Source: Neocallimastix sp. 'constans'
Taxonomy: Eukaryota
Direction: 5' to 3'
Length of the DNA: 64,000 bases
Assembly: GCA_050613775.1 (NCBI GenBank)
Contig: JBODTK010000114.1
Coordinates: forward strand, 248,001-312,000
The position numbers and the translations under genes were made by a program. Positions 31,494-51,566 of the stretch are shown in pieces. Each line of letters opens with the position of its first letter. Position 1 is the stretch's first letter. The notes beneath the pieces were generated by a model. It made no database searches, was not told the origin of the DNA, and worked only from the letters and a program-made list of their open reading frames with translations.

Positions 31494-32424
31494 TTTATTT
31501 TATTTTATTTTATTTTATTTTATTTTATTTTATTTTAAATAGTTATGAATTACCTGAAGAAGTATGGAGTAAAATAGTATTGCCAAATAGAGAAGTTGTA
31601 TGTAATAATAAATAAATGTTAAATAAATAAATAAATGAATGAATAATAATTTATTGAATTTTTTTATTTTATTCTTTAGGTTATTAAAAATAAAGTTCAA
31701 GAAGGTATTAATTATTTTTCATAATAATATTATATATATATTAATATATATTGTAAATTAAAATTTCAAATTTTCAATATTTTATAAGCCATTAATGAAA
31801 GAAGACAAAAATTAAATAATTTAGAAGATGAATTAGATTCTGTTTTAAAAGCAATTGTAAATAGAAGAAGAGTTCTTCGTGGAATGACTCCATTAAAAGA
31901 AACAGATATGCCATCACTTGTTAATAAAACTAATCAAAATGAAGAAAATAAAGAAAATAAAAGTAACATAATAAATGGTGTAAAGGATGAAAAGAATAGA
32001 GACGATGAAAAAACTGTAAACTCAATTTCAACAGAAGAAAAGGTATATATGATATTATTAAATAAATATTAAATTTCATATAATTATTCTATGTTTAAAG
32101 ATAAGTTTTATGGTTATATATAATTCAAAATTAATTAAAAATAAATAATAAAATGATATATCAATATATATTTATTTAAAATAAAAAATTCAAAAGATTG
32201 ATAGTACTGAAATTTCTGGTGTATCAGTGGTATCACAAATATCGAATATTGATACTGAATTATCAGAGAATAATAGTAGCGGTAGTAGCGTTGTAAATAA
32301 AGAAGAAAAGAAAAAGAAAAGAGTGGTTAGACGAAGAAGATCAAAAAGACGTGTAGATAGTGATGATGAAGATTTTATGCCATCTTCTAGTCGTCGTAGT
32401 TCAAAAAGGACACGCAAGCATTAA
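30723..32424 (+). CDS. Homologue of p1 (AMTP1), the Myb/homeobox-like DNA-binding subunit of the MTA1c DNA N6-adenine methyltransferase complex; multi-exon
   Basis: Spliced product: ...SLWNCTLSPGWTQEESDILRDALMYYGIGNWKDIIEHGCLPDKTNAQMNLQLQRMLGQQSTA|EFQNLHIDPYVIGKINSQKQGPNIKRKNGFIINTG|GKLSREDIKRKIQENKE|NYELPEEVWSKIVLP... This parallels ciliate p1 as recalled (SLWNxTLSPGWxxEE...GIGxW...GCLPxK...QRxLGQQS...RKNxxIINTG). Basic NLS-like tail (KKKKRVVRRRRSKRR). Confidence 0.8.
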
Positions 32425-32450
32425 AATGACAACAATAGTAGAAATGAAAT

Positions 32451-32504
<54 letters not shown>

Positions 32505-33077
32505 AAAAAAAAAATACAAAAAAAAAAAAATACAAAAAAAAAAAAAAAAAGAATGAATGAATGAAAAAAAATTATTACTATATCATATCCATAAATAAAA
32601 TAAGTTTTTATTCAAATATTTATATGTTTATTTATACTATGTATCTATAATAAAATAACTTTAAATTAAATTTTCTATGGTAAAATTTTTTTTCCTTCAT
32701 TCACCTAAAAATTTTATTTATACTTCGAAATATTTAATAATATATATAATACAGATATCGTATTTATTATATAAATAAATAAATAAATAAATAAATAATA
32801 TACCAAAAATATACTTTTAAATTATAGTCTTTATATTTTATTTCGATTTTATATTTATCATACATTTAATTTATAATTCTAATTTATTTATTATAATTAT
32901 TATATTCATGGAGTTTATTAAATATTGTATTATTAAAATTAAATTTAATATGGTATAATTTTATTTATTTATTTATTAATTAATTTATTTATTTGAATAT
33001 ATATTATTATTCTATCATAAATCATAAACAATTCCCAAATTCTTTTCATTTTTTGTTCCATTATTAATTTAGAATAT

Positions 33078-34677
33078 TTATGAAAATGCAACCTCTAATC
33101 CAATATTTTGCTTTGCTGTTTTTCCAAATCCAGATGAAAAACCAATATTATATCTAGCTCTTTGATATCTTCCTTCATATAAAAATGCAATACCCTAAAA
33201 ATAAAATTTATTTTTATTAATGACTAATAAAATCAAAATTGTTTTAATAATTAAAATTTAATATCAAAAAATTACATCTTTTAAGCTTATTTTTGCTTTT
33301 ACAAGCTGATTTTTCTTCTGTGGTTTATATTCAATACCAAAGGCTAAATCTGAATTATAACTATAAATATTAAAATTATATCTAGTTGACATATACATTC
33401 CCTTTGCAACAGATGATGTGTACGTACTACTAATGAAACCCATAACTGGATTACTTACTATAGTAAATACTGCCGAAGAATCATCAGTATAATGTTTTTT
33501 GTACCTTGCCCCAACTGACACTTTTATTATAAAATAATAATTTAAAAAGTAAATAAATAATTAATAAATAAATAAATTACTAAATAAATAATTAAATAGA
33601 AAATACTGTTATGATTAATTATTTATTAGTAATTTATTTTATTGTAATACAAACTTCCTATACCGCCTCCTGTTTTAGTTAAATATAATTCACCACCAGC
33701 ATGCCAATTTTTTGTTAATTTTATTAATGAATTATATCCGAAAATATTTGTATCTGATAAATAATTAAGTTCATTATATACTCTTGAATTATGGAAAAAC
33801 AATTGATTATTTACCTTTTTATAATATGTAAATAAAGAAAAATATTAAAAATTTAAAAGTTTAAATTATAGTTAATGATTTTTTATTAAAAAAGGAAAAA
33901 CAAACATACAAACATATATTAACATTTAAAATTTAAATATTTACAATAGTTTTATTGGTATACCAGGGAATTATTGAAGTTGAGACAAATAATACATTCT
34001 TTTTAAATCTTTTACTAAATAAACCTTCCATGTGCATATCTTCATGAAGACGTCCACATAATAAATAACTTTTATATTTCTTTTTATCATATTCTTCATT
34101 TTCTTTTCTTTTTTTTTCTAATTCTTTTAGTCTCTTCAATTCTCTTTCTTTTTGTGATTTTAATTGAAAAGTTTTAATATTTTTATTTTCTATAGGTTTA
34201 AGTGGATAATTTGGAGGTGTATCGGAAATTTCTTTGCGCATAACATTTTCAGTTTCATATCCTAAATGAATGGATTTTAAATTTTGTGGTAATGAAGTAA
34301 AAAGAAATCCAACGGATCTTTTATTTGGAAGACTAATGATATAATTACTTTTTAAATGTGGGGAAATTGATTTCTCAATTGATAAATTACAACCACTTGG
34401 TACTTTAAAATCAAGAATTTCTAAATTTATATACAAATTTTTGTATTTTTAATATTTATTACATATAAATCATATATAATAATATACATAGTAATCATTC
34501 TAATATTATTTTCTAATTTTTTTTTTTTTATTAGACTTTCAAAAAAAAAAACAAGCTTATTTTAAATATTTTAAACTTACGCTGAGAGGCAGCACATATT
34601 TTTGAATAATAATTATTCTCTTCCCAATCGGTTTCTTTATTAAAAATTTGAAAGCAATATTTTAAAAAATCAATCAT
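33078..34677 (-). CDS. MDM10: Mdm10-like mitochondrial/hydrogenosomal outer-membrane beta-barrel (ERMES/SAM subunit); multi-exon
   Basis: MIDFLKYCFQIFNKETDWEENNYYSKICAASQ|EILDFKVPSGCNLSIEKSISP...SVGFLFTS...YLLCGRLH..MEGLF...WHAGGELY...GG.SVGARY...VSNPVMGFISSTY...STRYNFNIYSYNSDLAFGIEY...IGLEVAFS*. This matches the Mdm10 N-terminal (W..xN.YS...LDF..P.G) and C-terminal (NP.MG..S.TY, FN.YSY.S) patterns. Confidence 0.85.
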
Positions 34678-35486
34678 ATTTTATATTTATTTTATTTAAA
34701 AATATTCAGATTTATATATTATTTATATTATTTGAAATTATTTAACACATTTACTTGATTTAAATATATATATATAAATGTTTATTTTTTTATATCTTAT
34801 TTTTATTGTTTAATTATTTATTTACTTATTTTTGTTTTTATTTTTGCTTTAATTTTTATTTTTAATTTTTTTTTTTTTTTTTTATTTTTTAAATTTTATT
34901 ATTAATAAAATTTCATTCCTACGAATTTCAGAATTAAGATCTTTTGTATGATATTTATTTAATATTATTGATAAATAATTATAATAAACTTCTTTTTTCT
35001 TAAAAAAAAAAAAATATTAATAATAATTTGTCAAAATTATTGCTTCAATTAATAATTACTTTAATTTATATAATATTAATACTTATATTAATATTATAAC
35101 TTTCATGATTAAATTTCTTTTTACTTTGATTTTAAAAGAATTTTTAAAGAACAACCAGTAGTTTTTTTGATAGGAGGTAAGTATATTATAATAAAAAAAA
35201 AAAATTTTTTTTTATAATTTATTTTGTTAATAAACTTTAATTTTTATCAAATATAATACGCCATAAAACTTTTAGTAATTTTTAAATTTTATTAATAAAT
35301 CAAATTGTAATTAATTCATTTGCCACATTTTTATTATTAAATGAATTAATTATTAAAGTTTATTTATATGATTGGGAATTAATTTAAAATATTATATAAT
35401 ATAAGGTTAAAAGTTGGATATATCACAAAAAAAAAATTGAAATTAAAAATTATTATAAAAAAATATTATATAATGAATTTTTTATA

Positions 35487-35530
<44 letters not shown>

Positions 35531-35688
35531 ATTTTAAAATAAAATAATACTTCTATATTAAAAAGTAAAATGATAATTCACATTATCTAAAAATTATTAA
35601 TAAATAATATATGGAAATAATGAAAAAAATTTATATACTATGATATTGTATATAACAAACTAATTGTATAAAGTGTAAATAATTTAAA

Positions 35689-41175
<5,487 letters not shown>

Positions 41176-42293
41176 TTGTAAAAAAAAAAAAAAAAAAAAA
41201 TTATTTCTTTCTTTTACTATTAAATTTTATTATTTTATTAAATGTTTTCTTTTATCAATAATTATTTTAATTATAATTTTTATTAAAACAAAACATTAAA
41301 AAAAAAAAAATAATAAAAATAAAAAATAAAATAAAAAAAAAAAAAATAGTATAAAACTTTTAAAAAAATTTTTTAATTCATATATTTGTATAAACTTTAA
41401 TTTTTTTTTTTTTTTTTGTATAAAATATTTTTATATGTATAATTATCAATAATATTATTTATTATTTATTGAATGTAATACAATATAATAATAAAGAAAT
41501 AGGCAATAATATTAGTTTGTTGTTAAAAAAAAATGTTATTAATACCAAAATAAATTATTTTTTATTTTTTAATTTTACAAAAAATTAAATATTTAATATA
41601 AAATAATATAAAATAATTAATAACAAAAAACAAAAAAAAAAAAAAAAATTTTTTTATATTATATAATTTTATATAATAAATATTAAACTCCGATTTAACA
41701 TTCTTCAAAAAAAATTTACCAAGGATTAATGCTAAAATAAATATAATTATATGACATTTATTAATAATTTAATAATAATATATAAAAGATGTAAACAATA
41801 ACTAAATAAATATTATTCAAATAATTATAATTTAATTGTCAGTAATAGTTCATAATATGACTTTCAAATAAAAAAAAAAAAAAAACTGCTTTATAAATTC
41901 ATTATGTAAACTGCTATTGCTCTTTTATACTTTTGTATTTATGTTTTAATTTATATAATGTGTAACCATAAAATTTAATTATCTATAACATTTTTTAAAT
42001 GTTATGTCATATGATTTAATGATAAAAATAACATATATGATCTATTCATATTATGTAGATAGAATGTTGAATAACGTAAATGGATGTAATTTAAAATGTA
42101 GTAACTTTGATGAATAGATCAATAGAATAACATTTTAATAATATATTTTAATGATATTTAATATAAATATTAATCATTAATATTGAAGATTTTATTATTA
42201 TAACAAAAAAAAAATTTTTTTTTTTTTTTTGGTAAACATTGACATTAGAAATAAAAAATAAATAAATAAATATTTTTTAAAAAATAGTAAATA

Positions 42294-43702
42294 ATGGAAT
42301 ATCATATTAGTAAAGAAGCTTATTTAAAGATTTTTGCTCATTGTATTAAATATCCAGTTAATCAAGTTACCGGTATTTTAGTTGGTAAAAAAACCCAAGG
42401 TAGTCCTTCAAAAGTCAATGTCATTAGTGCTATTCCAATTACCCATGAATCTATTTTATTATCTCATAATATTGAAATTGCTTTAAGACAAGTAATTTAT
42501 ATATATAATTCTTTATTTTTATATTAATTTTTTATCAATCCTTTTATTTATAAATAGTAATTTAAAATTAAATTTTTAAAAAAACAAATAAAATAAAATA
42601 AAATAAAATAAAACATTTAAAATAAAAATTTAATATATATAAATCTTTATTTAATAATACTTAAAAGGTTAAAATTATGATTTTAACCTTTTTATATAAT
42701 TTAAGTTAATAAAATCATTCCATAATTTTTTATTTAATTTTAAAAAAATAATTATTATATGTTCATATTTATATACATTTCATACAAACATAGATTGATA
42801 TTTATTGTAAAAAAAACACATTACAAATTGTTGGTTGTTACCATGCAAATGAATTAGTCGAAAATCTTGAAATTCCAGAACTTATTAATTTAATTGCAAG
42901 AAATATTGATACTAATTTATCAGGAAATTCATTATTATTAATGGTACATTAACAAAATCAAATTCATTAATTTTTTTATAGTCAAAATTTTTTTAATTAT
43001 AATATCCTTTCATAATAATAATATTTATGTTACAAATTTAATGTAAATTTAAATAATAGATTGATAACCAAAAATTAATTGCTAAAGATGATCAACATAT
43101 TTTTAAAGTAAGAGGACATTATATTAAATTGAGACAATTTATCTTATAATTTATTTATTTATATATTTATTCACAAGATTATATATAAATATATCTATAA
43201 ACATTTCATTTAAATTTCAAGTTTATTAAATTTATTATATTACATGAATTAATTATTCATTTATAAATAGGCATATGTTAATCAAAAAGGTTGGAAGGTT
43301 TTACAAACAATGTAAGATGATAATAAATTTTATTATTTTAAAAAATTATTTATCCTTCTTTTTATATATATATATATATGGAAGCAATATTAGTTTAACT
43401 TTATTTATATATTATTATTATTATAATGATTAATTAAATATACATTATTCATATATATTATATTTATATAATCTGGATTTAAAATTGTGTTCAATAATAA
43501 ACAAAAATAAATATGTATATATTTTATTTTAATCATTTTCAAAATATAAAGAACTAACAATGTTTTCATTGTAGAAGAAGGGGCTATTGAAAAATCTAAA
43601 GAAATAGCTAAGAATGGAATATATTCAGAAATTGTTGATTTTGACAGTCACTTAGAAAATGTTAAACTTGACTGGTTAAATAATGACAGATTTAAAATAT
43701 AA
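42294..43702 (+). CDS. EMC8: ER membrane protein complex subunit 8/9 (UPF0172, MPN-like); 5 exons
   Basis: MEYHISKEAYLKIFAHCIKYPVNQVTGILVG...AIPITH...EIALRQ|IDIYC....LQIVGCYHANE...IARNI...LLLM|IDNQKL...|...IVDFDSHLENVKLDWLN. These are typical UPF0172 motifs (AY.K..LH..KYP...V.G.L.G; I.G.Y.AN; DFD.HL.....DW.N). Confidence 0.92.
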
Positions 43703-43960
43703 GCAAACATTTAGAATATATAATGAATTAAAAAAACAAAAACAAAAAAAAATAAAAATAAAAAGAATTCAATGGATTATATATATAATGGATTATTTTA
43801 TTAATATAATATATCACTTAATATTAATAATTAATATATATATATATTTATATAACAATGCAAATATATAATCTAAACAAAAATAATAATAGAAGATTAT
43901 ATATAAAAATAATATTTATTGAAAAATCAATAATTAATAATAAAAGCAAAATATAAATAC

Positions 43961-44005
<45 letters not shown>

Positions 44006-44009
44006 AAAT

Positions 44010-44040
<31 letters not shown>

Positions 44041-44980
44041 ACAATATAATAATTAATTATATTATATAGCATATAAAATAATATTTATAAACCGCATTAT
44101 CAATTATTAAATAATTTATATAAGAAACTTGAAAAAAAAAAATTTTTTTTTTAATTTTTTTGTATATATTTGCTTTTTCTTCATTGTATTATGATTAATT
44201 TGATTAATTTAACAATTTATTAATATTATTATTCATAATTATTATTATTAAAATATGGTTTTATAGTACAAAAGTTACCAAGCTAAATTCATTATAATTT
44301 TTTATAGTTTTAATCCAATGGAGAAATTTAGTTTATAGCATTAAATATAATTTATTTATTTATTTATTTTTTATTTTTAATATATTATTATTATTATTAT
44401 TATTATTATAAATATAAAAATTAGTAGTATCAAAAATAAAAAGTATGTTAAAAATAATATATTAAAATAATATTAAACTATTATCAAAAATATCTATCAT
44501 ACGCAATTAATAGTTTTAAGAAAATTTTAATGAATAGATAAATCTAATATATGTTAAATTCTTTCAATATATTAGTAATATCATAAAAGAATTATTAAAT
44601 TGGAAAGAATTTTAAAATTAGTATTCAAAGAATATTTATTATTACTTTAAAAAAAATTTTTTTTTTTAACTAAATTTAATATATTATAGTTTTATATTCA
44701 TCATTTAAAATTTCATTTTTTTTTCGTTTTAATTGTTTTGCTTTTCTTTATTCTAATTTTATTATCACAACACAGGTTAATACTAACATATATCAATTAT
44801 TGTAAACTTTAAACTTTATTTATTTATTTATTTATTTATTTATTACATGAATTTATTTATAAAAAAACATGCAATTAATAAAAAAATAAATATTATTTTC
44901 CCAATTAGAACATAACAAATTAAAATAGTAATGTGAAATAAAAAGTAATATTCAAAGTGCATAAATAAATTCAGAAAAAA

Positions 44981-45210
44981 GTTCATATGTAACGAACCTC
45001 ACCTCCAGATTATAAAATTTCTGCTTAAAGGGAATTCTTATTCTGGATTAGGGTTTGAATTGACTATTCTGAAAGAAATTATGGTTTTCTCCTTCAGAGA
45101 AAACCATTTTCAGAATTGACGCTCCTGGTATGTTGGTGCTTATTCTTTCAGAATAGCAACTCTTGTCAAGTACTAGGCATCATTTATAATATATTTATGA
45201 TTGGACAAAA
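44981..45210. ncRNA. Candidate structured non-coding RNA of unknown family
   Basis: GC-elevated island in intergenic DNA. Perfect 14-bp stem ctattctgaaagaa (45064-77) / ttctttcagaatag (45143-56) encloses an 11-bp hairpin atggttttctc-cttca-gagaaaaccat. A second long hairpin lies upstream (tccaga 45004-09 / tctgga 45042-47). Confidence 0.4.
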
Positions 45211-45353
45211 AGTAAATTTTTTTAAAAAAATTTCAAAAATTTTTTACAAAAAAAAAAATAAAAAAAATAAAAAAAAAAAAAATAATTTTATTAGATTAAG
45301 AATTAACTTTTAAATAAATAAATAAATAAATAAACTTTTAAATAAATAAAAAC

Positions 45354-45385
<32 letters not shown>

Positions 45386-46083
45386 AAGACGTTAATAAGT
45401 AAAAAGTGGTTTATTTAAAAAAATTTTAATTTATAGTTTTATTCTTTTTTTTTTTTAATTTTTTTTTTTAAATATAATAAATGGTAAATTTTTGTCTATA
45501 TTTAATCAATATTAATTTTATATGATTTTTTATATATTTATATTTTTGTAAATAATAAAATAATTATATATTTATATTATAATTTTATAATAAATAAAAT
45601 AAAGAATGAAATATTATAATTAATTCAATATTTGCTTATGATTATATATATATGTTTAATAATGACGATATTAGCATTAATTTTAAAAGTAATTTATTAA
45701 TAGTATAAAATAAATAATAATTTATATTAATACATTATTAATATTTTCCTTACTTAAATTATTAATAGATTTTTATAATTAGATTAATATTTATATTAGA
45801 TTTATATATATATATATATATATGAAAATTAAAATAAAAAAGTTAAAATAATAAAAATAAAAATAAAAATAAAAATAAAAAATAAAAAAAAAAAAAAAAG
45901 AAAAAAGAAAAAAAAAATTTTTTGTATTATTTTATAACACAAAAATATTTAAAAAAAAAAAAAAATTAAATAAAAAAAATATTTTCTAATAATAATTAAT
46001 GAAATAATACTTTTAAATTATTGAATTGCAGTTTTTTTTTTTTTTTTTTTTTATCAAAATCAAAAAATCTTAAAATAAATTGA

Positions 46084-49082
46084 CTATTTTTTTTTATTTA
46101 GGTTATTTACATTATTATTAGATGTAAAATAGTTAATTCTTTGTTGATCACGTTGAAATTGTTGTTGTTGTAACTGTTGTTGCTGTTGTTGAAGTTGTTG
46201 TTGGGTTTGTGGTGGTAAAATAATAATTTTTTGATTAGTTTTAATATTCTTGGGTGATAGTTGACTGATATATTGATTTGGTGCTGTAATTGAGGTCATA
46301 TTAAGTTCACTTTTAGGGGATGAAAAATTTGGAGATGTCGGTGACTTAGCCTTCTTCTTTTTACCATTTTTATCATTTTTACCACTTCCACTATTTTTAT
46401 TACTCTTTGTACTTTCTGCAATAGATTCTGTATCTCTTGCTGTAAAAATATTTCTTGGTGTTAATGGATTTACAAAAGTGTTATTATAATTTGGAGGAAT
46501 GGCATAATTAGAAGTTGACGAACTACTAGTAGTCATTATATTATTCATTATTTCAGCTCGTTTCTTTCGAGCTTCTAACTCATATTCTTCCCATTTCTTT
46601 AAAGGTATGGTAGAAACATCAAATTTCGGGTGATGACTACCATTTTCTGAACTGTCAACACTAGTACCATCTGAATTAACCTTTCTCGTTTCACCCCAGG
46701 AAAAATCATCAAAATGCCAGAAGGCATAAAGTGGTAAAACTAAATTCCAAATTGGTAATGCTAACAAGTAAATAAACATCCAGAAAACATAAATCATTTT
46801 ATGGGTAGTTAACAAAATTAAAATTCCTGGTAAACCTAAAATAGCAATTAACATTAAAATTGGAATAATAGGAATTTCTCCCTTAAAGATAATTAAACCA
46901 ATAAGATATATAGTGAAACAAATAGCTGCCGGTAATACCACAGTTCCAAATAATTCTAAACCAACCACAAACTGCATAGAAAAACAAAAAGTACCACATA
47001 AATCTTTAACCAAAACTAATTCCATTAAATTATGAACTGTAGAGTTAATCCAACGACGACGTTGTGACAATAATACACTGAACTGATCTGGAACAACAGT
47101 TTTACATTTAGCTTGTGGAATGAAGACCATTTTTCTTCTAGGGAAAGTATTCAACATTAGAGTAGAAAGGAAACGATCTTCCCCTAACAATAATAAATTT
47201 TTCTTGTGAAGTGTATCTACAATATTTTCAGAATATTCTTCAACAACATCTACATTAGCCAAAATCGGGATCCATTTGTTAGGTTCATTCGCCTTTGGCG
47301 CTTTAATTCTATACATACAGAAACAACCAGGAAGACAGGTAACACCACCAAATACAGATTCAAAAGCCTTACTTAAATGATGTGAAATATAATATTCAAA
47401 GACTTGAATGCAAGTTACCCAAGAAGTTGTTTTATTAGCAATTCTTGTTTCACCACAAAGACCCATAATATTTGTATCATTACGCATAGCGTTAATCATA
47501 TAAGATAAAGAATCCGGTAAAACTTTCGTATCAGCATCAACCATCATCACAATTTCAAATTTATCTGGAGTGACACCGGTAACAAAATGAATTTTTGTGA
47601 AAAGTTCATAATCTAATGGAGTCATACGATCATTATAAAGAACACGACTCAAGAAATTCATTAAAATAATTTGAGAATCACGTTTACCACGATTACCTGG
47701 TTTAGGACTAGTACTTTCAGCTGGTGTACCACACTTGGCTACAATAATAATTGGAACCGTATGGTTTTTAACTTGATAAGTTCCAGCATATACCTTAGCC
47801 ATATTATGTTGCCTTTCCCCAACAGCTACAGCTATGTAACTTTTGGGTTCTGCTACACCAAGGGCAGGATCTTCATAGATCATACTACGTGCAATTTCAG
47901 GAGTACTTTTATCATTACCAACACCAACTACTTCACCATCTGCAATAACAAAAATCAACTTCTTTTTATCATTATAAGTTGTTGTTGCTAAGGAATTCAA
48001 TGTAATTTGAAGACCTTCTTTACCTTCGGAATAACAAGTAACTAAGCAAATAGTATATAAATCACCATTACCTTCAATATCTACTTGATATTCCAATGGA
48101 TCAACTTCTTTATTATTACCTTGATCTTTATTAGGTTTAACAATGGTTAATTTATTCGATATAAACCAATTGAAAATCAAAGCCATAAAGAAACGAGTTA
48201 ATACTACACCTAAAATTGCTATAAGGAAAATAATCATAATAGTATTTGCTAAATAGCAACTAGGTGTTTCTTTATCAACTACACCAATAGTATATCGTTC
48301 TAATATGCAATTAATTTGTTTTTTGGCTTCTGGATAAATATTTATATCACGACTAATATCTCTTCCAACTTTACTTTGTAAAACCTTTAATATATCTTCA
48401 TGAAACATTCTTGAAAGGGTTTCATTAGCAATAACAGAAGTAACATTTAATACATTACCATTGTAAACTGCTAATCTTGTTGATCCAGAATTATTTCCTT
48501 CTACATCATCCCACTTAAATGCTACTTTAGCATTTTGTCTACCTCTTTGTAATACCGATTTAGAAATACAATTACTTGTGAATGCTTGTTCTGAAAATTT
48601 TGCAGGTTGTATTGAGCAATCATTTAAAGTATTATCATCAATGATACCCTTACATTCATCTTTACATTTTTGACCCACTGGGCAAGTTCTAAAAAGATTT
48701 GAAATATCTAGTGTTTTATATGATACTCCAAGTTCTTTTCCAGTTGTATTTTTTACAATTGCATTAACATAATTAAAAGAATACCAAATACCATTAATAA
48801 GAACACTGCTATCATGTGTTACTATATCACCCTGTTTATTTTTCCATTCAAGAAAATCTTGATCACGAGATTCTCTACATAATAGTGGTTGAAGACCAAA
48901 AGTTAAAAAACCCATAATCACCATCATCAAAAAAATAATTATACATAATGTAACCTATATGAATAAAATGAATAAAATATATTGTTTTAAAAAAAAAAAA
49001 TAAAAAAAAAAAAATAAAAATAAAAAAAAATAAAAAGTCTTATGAGTCTTTTTTTATTTTTTTTATTGTTATTTTTTTTAAA

Positions 49083-49172
<90 letters not shown>

Positions 49173-49530
49173 TTTAATACATTTAAAATAATAATAAGTA
49201 AATAAATAATTACTTTTTCTCTCCAAGCTTGTTGTACATTCTTGTCTGTCATACCACACATTTTCATAAAAGATGGTAATGACCAAAAAGTACATATTTT
49301 TGAGATTTTTTCCCATATGGTTTCATCTCTTTGTTGAACAATTGGACTTTCTGAAGTAATTCTGTCACTTGTTGCACCTAAATATTATATTTGGTATACC
49401 ATTATTGATGTTTTTATGGTTATTATTACATAAAAAATAATAATATTATTAATAATAAATTAATTATAAATAAATATATATATATATATATTAAATTAAC
49501 ATGAAACAAATTTAAATAAAGATAATAATA

Positions 49531-49564
<34 letters not shown>

Positions 49565-50145
49565 AAATAAAATAAATATTATTTAAACAATTATTAAATT
49601 TTAAATTGAATTTTATATTTAAATACATATATATTTATTAATTTATTTGTTATTTAATTTATTAGTAAATATCATTAAAATTTACCTGTTCTAACTATTG
49701 GTGGTAATTCATTTTCTGAACGCATAATATTTCTACGACGAGTTGTTTGTTGACGTTCAGGTCTTGAGAGGGTTGTACCTCTTTTTATTGGCATTAATTG
49801 GGTAGTGCTATCCATAATACTATTTGTGCTAATATTCAATCGACTTCCACTGTTCTCTGGTGAATTTATTTTTATATGAGTTTCTGATAGATCTCTTATA
49901 CCAAAACCTGCTTCTACTGCAATTTTTCTTTGATTTTCCTGGGATATTGCTGATAACACGTTTTCATTACTACTTTCTACATGCTTATTTAAATTATTTG
50001 AAGAATTACCTAAAGATAAAGAATCTTTACTCTCTTCACTAATTATGGGTTTATAATTTGTACTATTATCATTATTTTTATTTACTCTTTCCCCGATATC
50101 ATGATTATAATACATATTTGTAATTTCATATTCTCCTAGATTCAT
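46084..50145 (-). CDS. Chitin synthase, division II / class IV-like (no myosin motor); 3 exons (49686-50145, 49214-49377, 46084-48954)
   Basis: [17 protein letters not shown], b5-like region, [103 protein letters not shown]. Confidence 0.96.
49083..49170. repeat. (AAT)n microsatellite in chitin synthase intron
   Basis: Direct reading. Confidence 0.95.
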
Positions 50146-51529
50146 TTTAATTTATATATAGTTAAATTTCCAATTTTTTTTTTTTTTTTTTTTTTTTTTA
50201 AGTATAAAATATTTTATTATAACTAAAATTATATAAATGATATATAAAATATATTATATATATATTATAAAATTTTGTTTATTTTTTACAAAAATTGCTT
50301 TAATTTACAATTTTTATATATTATAATTTATTTAATACAATTTAATAAGATATATATTTTTTAATTATATCTTTATCCAATTTTATTAATTATTTATATG
50401 CTTTCTATAATGAATATTTATAAAATTATTACTGAGATTTTAATAATTTATAATATTATTTATTTTATGTATTAATTTATTGATATACATTAATTCTATA
50501 TACCAGAAAGTATATTATCATTTATTAATTTTGATTATTTTCATTTGGTGAAGATATTAGATTTACAATTTTTAGTTTATAAATTTATTTATTTTTGCTT
50601 TCATCAGTTTAATTTTATTATTTTCAATAGAACCTTTTGAATATAATTCTAATGAAAATTTCCTTTTGACTATTAAAAAGATTATTATAAAAAAAGATAT
50701 ATAGATATATAGATATATTGATGAAAATAAATAAAATATGAATTCTTAATTTATGAGAAATATTCTTTAATAAATATTTTGAAAAAAAAAAAAAAATAAT
50801 TAGAATTATTTAAATAAAATATTTTCGAATTTAAAAACTTTAAATAAATGATAAATAAGTTATAGTCTTTAATTTATAAATATGATTATATTAAATTAAA
50901 AATAGGAAATGAATTATTATCCTTTTTCTATTTTTTTATCTCTTTTTTTTTTATATGTACAAAAAAAAAAAAAAAAAAAACTATATATATAATTGTTTAT
51001 AAAATTTTTCTTATTTTAGTTTTATATTTTAGTACACAACCAATATATATATATATATTTATTTTTATATTTTTTTAATATTTAAAAAAAAAAAAAAAAA
51101 AAAAAAAAATTATTTTTTAAACTTTAATTGATATTCTATTCTAAATGTTGCTAATTAATTATAAATAACAACTCCAACAGCTAAACAACAACAAATTTAA
51201 ATAAATTAATATTTACATTCAACTGTTTATTATTTTATAAAAATTTAATTCCATTATATTACTCATATATATTATTTATTTATAGAGGACTGTTTTTACC
51301 AAAAAAAAAAAAAAAAAAAAAAACATTAAAAAAAATTTTTTTATTCATTAATTAAAACTAATATATTTAAAAATATAAAATTATATATATTACATTTAAA
51401 CCGAATATATGTATTATTCATCTGATTATATTACATTAATACTTAAAATGAATAATTATCAATATTCTAAATCATTAATCTCTATTAATAATATATTCAA
51501 TTATTTAAATACTTCAATACATAAACCCT

Positions 51530-51566
<37 letters not shown>

